Positions 1 to 13,015 of a stretch of DNA of 64,000 nt are shown piece after piece. The translations under genes and the position numbers were made by a program. The stretch covers positions 15,376,001 to 15,440,000 of the forward strand of contig CM022667.1 of NCBI GenBank assembly GCA_012295275.1. Direction: 5' to 3'. Below the pieces are notes generated by a model. That model saw only the letters and a program-made list of their open reading frames with translations, ran no database searches and was not told the origin of the DNA. This stretch comes from Chrysomallon squamiferum (taxonomy: Eukaryota; Animalia; Mollusca). Position 1 is the stretch's first letter; the number at the start of each line of letters is the position of its first letter.

Positions 1-271
1 TAATTTTGGGTGTTATCGTCGTTACAGTCCTTAGATGATGATGATGATGACGTTGATGTTTATGATGATGATGAAGATGTTTATAATGGTGATAACGATG
101 ATGTTATGATGATGATGACGATGATGATGATTATAATAAAATTAATGATTAATTCAACACTGAGTGTTGACTGTTAATAGAAAATCCATCGTAATAATTG
201 ATTTTATTTCGCTCGTTAAATTATGTTGTTTAATGCAGCAGATAGAATAGACAGACAGGCAGCAATGAGAG

Positions 272-273
<2 letters not shown>

Positions 274-362
<89 letters not shown>
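274..362. repeat. (CA)n(GA)n microsatellite, representative of dozens of (GA/CT)n, (CA/GT)n, (TAA/ATT)n and (TAC)n tracts across the window
   Basis: Directly visible. Other examples are at 1960-2200, 12962-13012, 14928-15000, 29226-29297, 56775-56890 and 59820-59992. Confidence 0.97.
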
Positions 363-365
<3 letters not shown>

Positions 366-620
366 CTATGAATATGAAAAAGTAACAACAAACACATACA
401 ATATAGACTACTAGAGCTAGAAAAACAATTATACAAAATAAAATAAAATTAGCGACACACACACACAAGCACATCGATAACTAAACCCACACACAAATTA
501 AATGAAAACCAAGAATGCAATAGCAACTTGAATTAGCATTACACGGAGAACAAAACTAGAATATGAAAACGAGAGAAAAATTAGTCACAGTCACAAATTA
601 ATTTGTAAAAACAACTGGCT

Positions 621-1061
621 TTGTCTAATATTGGTTTTGGTTTGGTAGGTCATAGTCTAGGTTTAAGAGACGACGGCCTATCTGATATTTGTCTAGGTTT
701 AGCAGATGGTCTGTCTGTTGACGGTTTAGGTTTAGCAGTTGATGGTCTTTGTGATGATGGTCTATCTGATATTTGTCTAGGTTTAGCAGATGGTCTGTCT
801 GTTGACGGTTTAGGTTTAGCAGTTGATGGTCTTTGTGATGATGGTCTATCTGATATTTGTCTAGGTTTAGCAGATGGTCTGTCTGTTGACGGTTTAGGTT
901 TAGCAGTTGATGGTCTTTGTGATGATGGTCTATCTGATGGTGGGCTAGGTTTAGGAGATAACGGTCTGTCTTCTACCGGCTTAGGCTTAGAAGATGATTC
1001 TAATTTGGTTATTGGACAGAAAAGTAGCAATAAAGACACAAGTGACACAGCAGAATCATAA
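621..1061 (+). pseudogene. B1: degenerate or divergent Gly/Leu/Asp-rich repeat ORF related to family B (GLGL..DGLS units)
   Basis: The frame reads GLGLADGLSVDGLGLAVDGLCDDGLS, resembling the [10 protein letters not shown] motif of B2/B3. It is followed by E/K-rich sequence broken by stops (about 1062-1130 and 1640-1720). No ATG or signal-peptide exon is recognisable in the window. Confidence 0.5.
678..938 (+). repeat. 84-bp tandem repeat, about 3 near-identical copies, inside B1
   Basis: TCTGAT anchors at 681, 765, 849 and 933 give a period of 84 nt (28 codons). Confidence 0.9.
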
Positions 1062-1960
1062 AGTGAGACAGAAACTAAAGTGAAGAATGAAATGAAAAAT
1101 TGAAGAAAAAGAAGAAAATAAGGAATATAAAGAAATTGGTAAAGGTTAATTAACGTTCTTAATTTAAAATAATATAACAAGTCAAAACAGATTGATATTG
1201 TTCCTAGAATCTTAAAGAATGGTTAACTTTGCAAAACTATAATTCCCCAGAGTAGCGTATAAACCATTTTCCAACAGATAACTGAAATTTGCATTCGACC
1301 GAAACATAGATAACATTTTAAAAATAGTGACTGTAGTTAATTATATGTTTTAATAGTATTAATGCAAAAGTACTAAGCAATTCTAAACTGATGATATACA
1401 AATCCAGTTTAATAAATCTAATATTTTATGCATTTCAAATATTTATTACTTTATTAGATATTATTTTTAAAAATGTTGATTAACATATCTCTCATCATAA
1501 TCTAAATCAAAGCCTCTAGTGTTTGAAGAGGGAAACGTTCTAATGAATTAAACAACTGATACAGTGTTCTGTAAGTATCCATGATCAGAATATTACAAAA
1601 ATCTGTATCGATTCTCTAGGAAAACAGTTTGACATGGGAGTGAAAAAGGAAGAAAATCAATGGAAGAAAGAATTTAAAGAAGAACTAGAAAAAGAAGCTA
1701 AGGAAAACGAAAACATAGAGAAATGTGTGTTTTAGTATTTCATAAAACTAATTTCACGTTTATAAGTCTACAGTGTTCATTCAACATTTTTTTCGTTCGA
1801 CAATTTTAAATCCGGAATGAACCTTGGCATAGAACACGATGAATTATTCTCCTTAAGGTTCATTTCGTTTTACAGTTAGTGCCACAAGATTTCGCATCAA
1901 ATGCAAAAGTATATATGTAATGCGTTTGTGTAAAACTGTGTATTAATAGTTCATAAACAG

Positions 1961-2058
<98 letters not shown>

Positions 2059-3107
2059 CGTAGACACACATCCAGACACATACACACACAGACAGACATG
2101 TGTGTGTGTGTATATATATATATAGGTAGATAGATAGATATTAAGATAAATAGATAGATAGATAGATAGACAGATAGATATTAAGATAGATAGATAGATA
2201 AAACATACATGTTGTATATTTTTCAGATATTGCAGACTTAAACACAACATCACAGGCATCAGCGTCATAAAACTCATAAAGCCTGAAAAGTATTAAAAGA
2301 AGATTATTATCTGAACTTTTTCATTTTTGGTTTTCATTCTGTTATTCATTTTAAACTTATTGAACTGGTTGTTGTTGATATCGACTTACTGGAACATAAT
2401 TTATCACAAGATATAAAAAGCATAGAAACTGTTTGGTCCATGTCTAATCATCTCTGTTAAAATTAATTTTAAGAAATTTGAAGAATAAATCTGTTTCGCT
2501 CAAGCTTTCATTAACAAGTCAGTCAGGATCTTTTCAGAGTCAGATGGTTTAATCGTGTTTACAATGCTTACACTAGCACGACCCTGAACCATCAGGACAT
2601 TATGATAAACTGAAACAAAACTGAGTGTGTTGCGTAGATATTTATTTATTTCACCTTGACCGACACTGCCTTTATTTACAGTTTCATCCAGTTGTATTAG
2701 ATACAGATTACGGTATCTTTAGAAATAACTGTTTTAATGCATATTTTCAACGAATCAAATAATATTTACCTTGATGTTTTATTTAATCCAATCAGAGAAT
2801 ATGCCTTTTTGCAGTGAAATAAATGAAAGCAGTAATTGTTCCTATAGCAGTTATTAATTATTTTTTAATACTGGAAAATATAGATTTGTCACTGATGTAT
2901 GTTGTCATTCTAACGTTGAAAAGAATAAATGAAAACTCTGCAGTTCTGTCTTCTTCGGTGTCATTTATTATGATAAGTATTATTATTATTGTTGTTGTTG
3001 TTGTTGTTGTTGGGTATTGTAGTTTGACGAAGACGAAGAGGATAATGATGATGTCTTTGATGCTATCATTGCTCTTGTTGTTCATGATTATGATGATGAC
3101 GATAATG

Positions 3108-3145
<38 letters not shown>

Positions 3146-4057
3146 GTTGTTGTTGTTGTTGTTGTTTTGTTGTTTTTGTTTTTTGATGACGATGGTGATA
3201 AAATGTCATTATACGTAGATAACCGTGATGACTGAAACCAATCCACTATGAATATAATGATAACAGAAGGTTCAAAATGGCTAAAGTTGAAGGACCTCTT
3301 TTCGAACTCTAAGGAAAGTCAGTGTGAATTCCAGTCAGTTTTTTAAAAGATTTTTTATTTTTTATAATTTGCATAAATTCATTATCTCAGTATATTTCAT
3401 CGGTATCAAAACTAAAATTAAAAAAAATAAATAAATAAGAAAAGTATTTTGACAACATTAACAAATCAGTACGTTAAACTGTTTGAATGGTTCACTTCTG
3501 AACAAATTAGGCGCAAATACAGTGAACCATGTCTTCATGTTTTGGTCCACAATAAATATAAATCGCATAACAGCATTCCATAAAATAAAAACTTCATACA
3601 GGTCAAGTTCATTGATGGATGTAAATAAACATCCTTTTTCGCACGTCATAAACTGATGATAAATATAAGGGTATATTTATATTTTACAAAAAATTATGTT
3701 TAACCCCTCTGTCTATATGTATATCTATAAATGTATTTATACATTTTTATAATATATAGGTATATGTGTATGGGGGTTTCAACCGCAGTGTTAGCATACG
3801 TTTTGTTTAAAAGAAATCACCCCAAACAATAAAACAATAACTTGGAAATATACAGATTTTATCAAATCCTTCATTTGTACTGACATCAATACAATATAAT
3901 GTTGAACTTAAAATGAAGTTTGGACGAAACTTACAAAACAGCCTCTCTCTGCTTCTATGTTCGTACAAGTATTTGTGTTAGCAATAAAGTAAGAAAATAT
4001 AATTTTAAATAGTTAAGCGATTTCTTCTTAAAAGATTTAATTTCGTTCAAATTCATG

Positions 4058-4505
4058 TCACATCTGAATACACCTGGTGAAGAATATCTTGTGAACCGCG
4101 TCTTGTACGTGTAGTAAACCTTTTCGATGGTCACCTTCTGTTGTTATGATTCCAGAGCAGGGCTGATAAGATGTGTTATTTGAAAAAGATCTGCCGTTGT
4201 ACATCAAACTGAGTGTCGACGTGGTAAGTGATTTCCTCTGCTACATGAACATCGTTAGAGGCATCCACGTGACTGGCATCAACAATTTCAAATTTTCCGT
4301 CAGGGTATTCGACAACAACACGAACGGAGGCACGTTTTAGAACCATTTCTCTCAGTTTTGTTACTGACTCAGCATAGTGAGAATATCCCCAGATAATTTC
4401 TCTGTATCTCGATAAAAAAAGACAGAATTTAACGATGTTACGGCCGAACCTGATTCCATCTTGGAAACAAGTAAATTGAAATCACTGTCAACGACATTCT
4501 GTGTT
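4058..4505 (-). pseudogene. A0: internally deleted, inverted relic of gene A1 (exon 3 fragments)
   Basis: The reverse strand carries pieces of A1-like exon 3 ([45 protein letters not shown], and [15 protein letters not shown]) with frameshifts, ending at TGA (TCA 4058-4060). The flanks 3650-4057 and 4506-4640 are reverse complements of the A1 3' flank (10100-10520) and 5' flank (about 6820-7020). Confidence 0.85.
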
Positions 4506-7033
4506 TATAGATAGATTCTAATAAGAACTCAGTTGATTAAATAAACAAAAATCCAGTTTGAAGTATAATCCTTTAATAAATGCTATAATAACCTCTATTT
4601 CAGAATCATATATTGCTAAATAAATCTGAATTTCAGATTCAGATGAATGAAGAAAATGTTTTCGTTATCCTTTCCCTGTTGTTTTATTGTTTTTTTTACT
4701 GATTTTTTTTTTTTTTTCTGTTACTTAGCAAAGTGGAAACTGGTGAAGCAGTAAGTGACGTTTTCTTTTCACCTATGAATAAAATAACTACGTTGAAATT
4801 AAACACTGTTCATTGTTTTTACCAATCATGCGACACAGTTCGTCAATTTTTGTGTTATGACTACAACGTATATTTTTCATAACTTAACAACACTTATATT
4901 CGTTTCAGTTTACATTTTCGTGAACAAATATAATTCAAAGCAATTGTTTAAATTAGAATTGGCGGTCAATCTTTACTTGCACTAATGTAAATTAAGCTAC
5001 AAGTGCTTATACATTGTTTATTGAAGTTGATGGTTTATTTTCTTTTAAAAGAAGTTCATGTTCATTAGTTTAAATCTACTTTGATCTGTAGTGTTTACCT
5101 ATGTCAAAAAATTAAAAGTTAAATTAACTTTGCAATGAACAAATAATCTTCACAAACCCTGACTTTGATCTGTATTATTTACCAATGCTGTACTACGGTT
5201 TGAAGACTGAAAAAAAACAAATTTTCCAATGAACATATCTACATTAATTTCTAAAACACAATTACATTTTCACAAACACGACGACAGCAATTATTTTAAT
5301 AATTTAGCTTCTGTTTTATTTTGTAAAGGTATTTTAAATTTCTTTCTATGGTTAAAAGAAAATCTAAAAATAAATTGTTCCAGAATGTTTACATTTTCTG
5401 TTTTTGTTTTTTGTCGGTATGTCCACCAGTCTACAAAACTGTGGAAGTTATCTATTTTATTTTAGAATTAAATTTCTAAAGCGGACTTCAGCAATGGGCA
5501 AAAACCATCAAAAATCTGAAACTAGGATATATAAACAGTTAATAAATTTAATGAATTCTTCATTTAAAGCACAAATATTGGGTTTCCTTATTTGCCCTTA
5601 CTTTATATTCAGAATGACTTTGACATTTTCAGCTTGGTTCAACACGGACAAAATGTCTTATATAGAAAAGGACAAAACTAATCATTCTGTGTTTAAAATT
5701 GCATTTTCGTATGAATCCACTGATGTCGGATTTAGTTAGAAAGTTTTATGTTCTAAATGGCTGTTTAATTGCACGAGTTTGTTATCTGTACTTTTATGGT
5801 CTGTTGGAAGTGTATCTTCTATTTCATTGTCTGTATACTTTACGTAGAGAGAAAGAGAACAAAGACAGAAGTGTCCTTATCGAAACGACAGAAAGGAATA
5901 TCAGAAAAATAATAATAACAACAACAACAACAATAATAATAATAAACAGGGAGTTTTCACTGGTTGTCATTTTCAGGAAAGACCAGAAATGTTTTCTCTG
6001 TACCTCAATGTTCATTTTTGACTATCCTTATGTCGCTACATAATACATTTTCGACCAATTAAAACAACTCCCGTTCCACTTTAGAAATGAACGGTGAATC
6101 ACTGAACATAAATGAAAAATGATATTGTTGCCGACTGTTTCCAAATATTCTGTAAAGTAAAAAATAAAAATATAAATATAAAAAAAATAATAAAAACATA
6201 AATAACAATTTCGCCATAGTCTTTGTAGAATTTTTGTTACGATCATATTGAAACTTATATATAACACAAAAGATCTAGTCTCTATAGATTTTTTCCAAAA
6301 TTTTGCTCATCCATACAATCGTTTATAGAAACCTTTTATTAAACAGATGTTTACTTTCTGCTTCAAACTGCAGCATATAATTTTTACACAGAAGTTGACT
6401 TGAGCTAAAATCCAAGTCAACAGAAACAGTGAATCGATTAGTCTGGTCTAAACTGTTGTAGACTAAATAACAAATGTTTCTGTTTAATAAGGAAATCCAC
6501 AAACAATTCCCGATTAATTTTAAATATATTTCGGTTTTCTCTGTATTTTATTTCTGTTTTAACTGAAACGAATATAACAGTAGTTAAGTAATGAAAAAGG
6601 CACATTGCTATTAAATCAGAAAAATTCAAAAACGTATTCATCGTTAGAAATCGATGGACGAATCGTGTCGCATGATTCATAAACACAAGGAACAATATTT
6701 AATTTCACCGTACTTTTTATATTTATAAGTAAGTAGAAAACTTCATATACTGCTTGGTCTGTTTGCTGTGACTGTCAGTAACGCAAAGAAAATAACAGCG
6801 AAAGCATAACGAAAATAATAGTCTGAAATTCAGATTTATTTAACAATTTACGAAACTGAAATAGATCTTTATAAACTGAAATATACAGATTTATCTTGGA
6901 CCTTTGTTACTGAAATATAGATGTAATTGACGGACCTTTCAGCGTGTATTAAAAGATTATACTTCAAACTGGATTTTTTTTTCCATTTAAATAACTGAGT
7001 TCTTATTAGAATCTCTCTATAAGAATAACTGTT

Positions 7034-7762
7034 ATGGCTTGTGTTTTTATAAGGAAACTGTGGCTTTTTCTCTCATGTTTCTCGTTCGTTTCTGCACAAA
7101 TGGACTGCGGTTTTGCTGAAATGAAACAGGATGTTGTTACTGAAGAAATGTTCACATGGAAGTTACGTCGGGTTTACAGCAGTACGAATGATTCGAGATC
7201 TGTCTGTTCTAAGCTATGTTTTTCTGATGAAAGGTGTAACGGGATGATCGTGTGTCCAGATGTCTGTCATCTCTTTGGAGTTTTCACTGATGACTTATTG
7301 CGAAACAGAGTCGTTGATCGGACCTCGTGTGATGTGTTCAGCATTGTAAGTATTAAATATATTTAATTATGCTGAATAAATTTACGTAGATGGCGCATTG
7401 TTAAACGTAGATTTGTACGTATAGCATTGTATAAAGTATTCAGTACACTTATTTTAACGTAAAAATAGTTAGCACATATACATAATTTGTAATAATGTTA
7501 ATATTTTGAATACAGTCAATGAATGTAACATGATTCACAGAACATGTGTATGGTCTGAAGATGGTGAAAATGAAATTGAATCCTAATTATATAGTTCTCA
7601 ATACTATCCTAACAATTTCGAAGGATTTTCTGCTTGTCAGTATACCACGTATTATTGCTTGCAGGATAGTTTTAAATTAAATTGTTTGAAATACCTATTG
7701 CATATTAACGAAATATTTGTATTTGTTATCGTATCCTGTAGAATTACTTTTTAAACTAACCA

Positions 7763-7851
<89 letters not shown>

Positions 7852-10100
7852 GAGCAAGTATGCCCTCATTCTTTTTCTACTCATTCACTCCGTATGCTTT
7901 GTGTTACTGAAAACTAAAATATCATATCTTTATTTTATAATTACGTACATATGTTTTCCTTCTGATCTATTAGAATCGATGCAAGAACAAAGGTTTTACA
8001 AATGAAAATGGTTACTGTCTCTGTCCCAGAGGTTATGGAGGACCGATCTGCGAAACGAAAGTAGATGGTATTGCTTTTCACGTCGATTCCTAAAATTTAA
8101 TAGACTAACGTCGGTTTCTTCTCCGATGTATTTTCTAATGACTGAAGATAATTATATATGTCAGTTATTAAATGATGGAACATATGTACAGTATTTTATA
8201 ATTATTATCTTACAGTTAATTCAAAAATTTAATCTGACTTTTAAGATGTAATAAAATAAAATATACGACATAAAAAACAAAAAACAAAAAAAAGGAAGGT
8301 GGAACATCGGGTCGAATCCTGCAGGTTAGCCCATTATGCTAATCTCATGACAGCTAGTGATTCACAACTGGTGTAATAAGGATTATGATATGTATTGACT
8401 TATCTGTAGGATGGTGTATACCTTGCTGCTACCTAGAAACTATAACTTATTACGTAGCTGGTTTCTTCTATTGTTATCTGAATTTTATTAATTCCATGTA
8501 TAAAGCCGTATAACCTAAATAAAATATTCTGAGTTGGTCACTAAAACATTCTATAATTTTCTTTCTGTCATTTTTTTTTTTATAGAACTCTGATAAGAAC
8601 CATATTTAACATTTATAATTGATATTTTTTATCAGTTTTTTCTATTCGAAAGTTCAATACAATAACATTGATTTATATGTTTATATTTTAGGTTACTGCT
8701 ACAACCAATGGAATATGATTCATGACACAAATGTCGGCGAAACACTGGATGCCTTAAACTCGACAGTGAGAAATCTGTGCACGGTCAAGTTAAAATATGT
8801 CACTGCAGAGGGAATTATTCGAGCAATCGATATCTTTGGTTTCCAACGAAACGTTTGGACTCAGTCCTTATTTCATCTGAAGAAATGCTCATGGAACATG
8901 TTCGCGACAGACCCTAGCAGAATTTTCTTACGCATTGGAAACGGTAAATACCAAAACTCTCTGGAGGTAAATATATCTGGACCAGTCATAACATCGTCAA
9001 GAAGAGAAATCCAAGCTCTGTGGTACGTCAAAGATTTCTCTAATGGAACACCTGTTTATGGAACCTACAACTCTCAGAATGCCATTTTAGGAGATTTTAA
9101 TTTGCTGGTTTCCAAGTTAGAGTCAGGTTCGGCCGTAATATCGTCAAATACTGTCTTTTTCGATCGACATGCAGAACAAATATCTATGGATATTCTCACT
9201 GTGGTAGGTCAGAGGTTTTCAGACACATTTGCACCGATCAGACAACCACCTTTTTGGCATTTCAAGAGAAAAACCAATTCGGGTTTCAACTACATTCTTA
9301 GATGGATGATCGTTGACGGTGTAGTAAAAGAGGAAAAGACGACGAACCGAGATAATATATGGTGCACTGACGACTGCTGGATTAGAATCCTCGCAGTTAA
9401 TAAAGAAGGAGTCAGCACACATGGCTCTATAAACAGTTTAGTTCGTGCTTTACTCAGCGGTCATCAACTCAGAGTACGTATGGGCGATATATCTTCATCG
9501 TCGAAATATATCAATATATACGGTCATAACGTCACTGCTTGTTTAGAAGATCTGATGGAGCCCATCGGGGTAGATGCCTTCAGTTCTTCTGGGATAGTTC
9601 AGAGAAATATGATATTTTCAAATGGTCGCATCCTGACTCGAAGGTCTATTGTTGAGAAGGAAACTGTAATACAAGACACAGAAAAACAACAACAAACAGA
9701 CTGGTTTATCGACACACATGAATGGATCCAAGTTTTGTGTGTAAAATATGGTGGAGAGATACAGAGTGGATCAGTCACAAAACTGAGAGAGATGGTTCTG
9801 AAAGGTGCCTCCATTCGTGTTGTTGTCGAATACCCTGACGGACAATTTGAAATTGTTGATGCCAGTCACGTGGATGCTTCTGACGCTGTCCATGTAGCAG
9901 CAGAAATCATGTACCACGTCAACACTCAGTTTGATGAAAACTACGGCAGATCTTTTGTAAGTGAAACATCTTACCAGCTGTGGTCTGGAATCATAACAAC
10001 AGAAGGTGACTTTCGAAAGTTTTATTACACGTACAAGAAAAGTGGAGGCGAACATGAAGACGTGGTTCACGACAGATGTACTTGGTTTGTTCAGATGTGA
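7034..10100 (+). CDS. A1: secreted PAN/Apple-like + EGF-like + 4x novel-repeat protein, about 604 aa; exons 7034-7345, 7974-8067, 8692-10100
   Basis: Hydrophobic signal peptide ([21 protein letters not shown]). Exon 1 has C-x3-C-x5-C-NG-x3-CP-x2-CHL. Splice sites ATT|GTAAGT, TAG|AATCGA, G|GTATT and TTAG|GTTAC give phases 0 and 1 that join in frame (312+94+1409 = 1815 nt). The same structure recurs in all paralogs. Confidence 0.9.
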
Positions 10101-10588
10101 CGTAAATTTGAACGAATTTACATCTTTTAAGAAGAAATCGCATAACTATTTAAAATTATGGTTGCTTACTTTATTCCTAACGCAAATACTTGTACGAACA
10201 TAAAAGCAGAGAAAGACTGTTTTTGTAAGTTTCCTCCAAACTTCATTTTGAACTTAACATTATACTGTAGTGATGTCAGTACAAATGAATGGTTTAATAA
10301 AATCTGAATATTTCCAAGTTTTTATTTTATTATTCTGGGTGACTGAAACAGCCGAAACTGATTTATTTTAAACAAAACACACACTAACACCGAAGTTGGA
10401 ATCCCCATACACATATACATAGATATTATAAAAATGTATATACATACATAAATACATTTATACATATGCATATACACACAGGGGTGTTAAACATAATATT
10501 TTGTAAAATATTTACAGCACCATATAAAGTGAAAAATTCTCCATCTTCAGCATAACAGCGTATTTACATCTATATCTTTCTGAAACAT

Positions 10589-10641
<53 letters not shown>

Positions 10642-12957
10642 TGGGGTTATTTTTTCTGGCTCCATAACGTCTGAAATCAGTATAATAAACAAATTGTTCT
10701 ATGCAAATGTATGTTTCAGACTTTAAAATAACAATTTCTGTGTAACATTTTAACAGCATTTATGCTTCTCGGTAACAATAGATTTCAGAAAACATTCAAC
10801 ATGCAGATTTGTATAAAGAAAATTTTAGCAACAAAGTGAAGTCATTGTGACATACTAAATTCATTTCGCCTCTAAAATGATGTATCTATATATTTGTTAC
10901 TGTTTATTACTTCTACTAGAAAATAACTGATAACTGTTTGTCTTTGTTGTAGTAAATTCTTGAAAATTTACTGAATAAAATTGCATTAACACTTAACTGC
11001 ACTGTGACAGTATCTGCCTGCAAGAAGCTTGTGAATAATATTAAAATGAACAAGGCGTAACTACTGGGACGCCAGCTGAGAAAATGCAGCTTACAACATT
11101 TGTGTCCGCTGTAACCCCAGATGACTTTGTGCAAGTGTGCAATCTGGTCATGATTTATGGAGTCAGTCACTTTGATAGTGTTTCTGTAATGAGTAAATCT
11201 ATTAAAATATATTAAAATGAGTATGATATTATGATCTACAACTGTAATAACTGTTCATAACATCCCTTTTCTCAGTCAGTAGACCAAACATATCTCAACA
11301 GCTAATTTCTTGCATGTATTAACATATAACCATCTTCATACACAAAGAATTAAAAACAACAGGACCAAATTCGCGTATTTTAATATGACACAGATGTAAC
11401 ATGTTACTGCACTGATTTAAGATTCAGGACTCCTGTGTATTAGTAGGAATTCCACCGATATTAACTGTTTCTGTAGAACTGTAAACTTTATTTATCTCCA
11501 GGAAATTCAGCTACTTGAATGTATACAACAGTAATATTTTAATGTGTTTCCAGCTGATAAATAAATAAATTTCAGTCATAGGATGGACAGATGAAGTTAT
11601 AACAGATGTATACCTCACAATGTACTTCACATGCGTAGAAAAAAAAAAAATGGAAATAATTCAAAAACTGCAGACACTGACAGATGTAAAACTAAGACTT
11701 TTGTCAGATTCTATGAACAGCTGTGTGTTGCTCAAGATTCAGTGATTAACTAAAATAGATGTCACCTCATAACACTACTAGATACAGATACCTGTAAATA
11801 ATACACAAGGAAATTAAAGTACAGGTATACAGAACAATTATGCATATCCCAAAATGCAACATGGACAAGGAAAACTACATAATAATCTGGATTTGGTTGG
11901 GGAAATTCACATGATGTTTGTATTTTGATAATAGAAATAATATATAAACAATATGTGAAAAATAATATAGTACAGAACTTCACACGTATAAAGTATGACG
12001 TGAAGACGAAGGTACTGCAAAGAATAAATGAATAAACGAATAAAGACAGCTAGAAAGAAACCGTTTTCCACCTTGCAGTAATTACTACTCAAAAACAGAC
12101 ATCTATGTATAAGAGGCATTGAGTATATGATATAATTCCCAAATTGCTTTTAATAATCAACGTAGAATTGATTGCATTGTGACTGAGTATATGTTTATAT
12201 GTTTGTAAACACTGACTGGCGTTCGACGCAGCCATCTTCGATTTCGATCGTAAGTTTCCGTGAGCGCACGGAAACTGTCTTATCGGGATTTTAAACTTCC
12301 AAATTAAATTATTTTGCGTCCATTTTTCAAAACTTTTTATGATTTACACTGATAAAGGATAGGATGGATGCTCATGTTACCAAACCATGATGTCAAACGC
12401 CTTTTCTAACTACTTTTTCAAATTAATCAAACTTTTCAAACTGGATTATTTTTGTGTAAATGCGTTCATAATAAACTGAATATTATAGTTCGGAATAAGA
12501 TTAATGTATCAGTTTTTGATAGTTGTCAGTGTTCCCCAGTCCGAACCCAGCAGAAAAGAACATTTAGGTATTGTTTGTACCCATTAAATCGGCGAAATGT
12601 CTTGAGGCTTTTTTCCGTGACGTAATTTGTGCCATTACGAGTTATCGTTCCTGTTGGTCAATGCTGTTAGAAGTACTAAATGATGTAAGTAATTTTATAT
12701 ATAATAATTATTAGTTGTCATTAATAATGTTAGTAATACTAGTGTTAATAATATTTCAAGGAAATGAATGCCGAGCATATTATTTTATAAGATTTTCTGA
12801 CAGTCAATAATAACAATGACAATCAAAAAATCAAACAACAAAAAATAAAGCAGAACAAAACAATGTAATTAAGCTGTTTCATCAGAACGATAAAACCTTT
12901 TTATTTATTTAGTCTGTGTGCAGATGCGTATGTATTTGTGAGATTTTGTATATATAT

Positions 12958-13015
<58 letters not shown>

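Noticed and set aside
650-1180. 176-aa minus-strand ORF with hydrophobic N-terminus and PSTAKPKPSTDR repeats
   Set aside because: Most likely the antisense of the B1 repeat. It has a non-ATG start, and the hydrophobic part is the reverse of A-rich E/K codons. Not fully excluded without RNA data.
154-3218. ORFs with poly-SL, ER, TH, I, L, Y or N runs here and throughout (e.g. 15070-15696, 44116-44516, 59726-60071)
   Set aside because: Translations of di- and trinucleotide microsatellites with no coding evidence.
8300-8340. tRNA B-box-like GGGTCGAATCC in A1 intron 2 (and GATTTGAACC near 52731)
   Set aside because: No cloverleaf or A-box could be built. At most these are SINE fragments.
7034-10100. 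Assignment of family A to a named gene (plasminogen/HGF, cephalotoxin, Notch-like, fibrinogen-related protein)
   Set aside because: No kringle, protease, sushi/TSP1/LDLa or FBG motifs are visible. Only generic PAN-like and EGF-like Cys patterns are supported, so no symbol is given.
12385-12480. Possible C/D box snoRNA (ATGATG ... CTGA)
   Set aside because: Imperfect C box, no terminal stem and no recognisable rRNA guide sequence.
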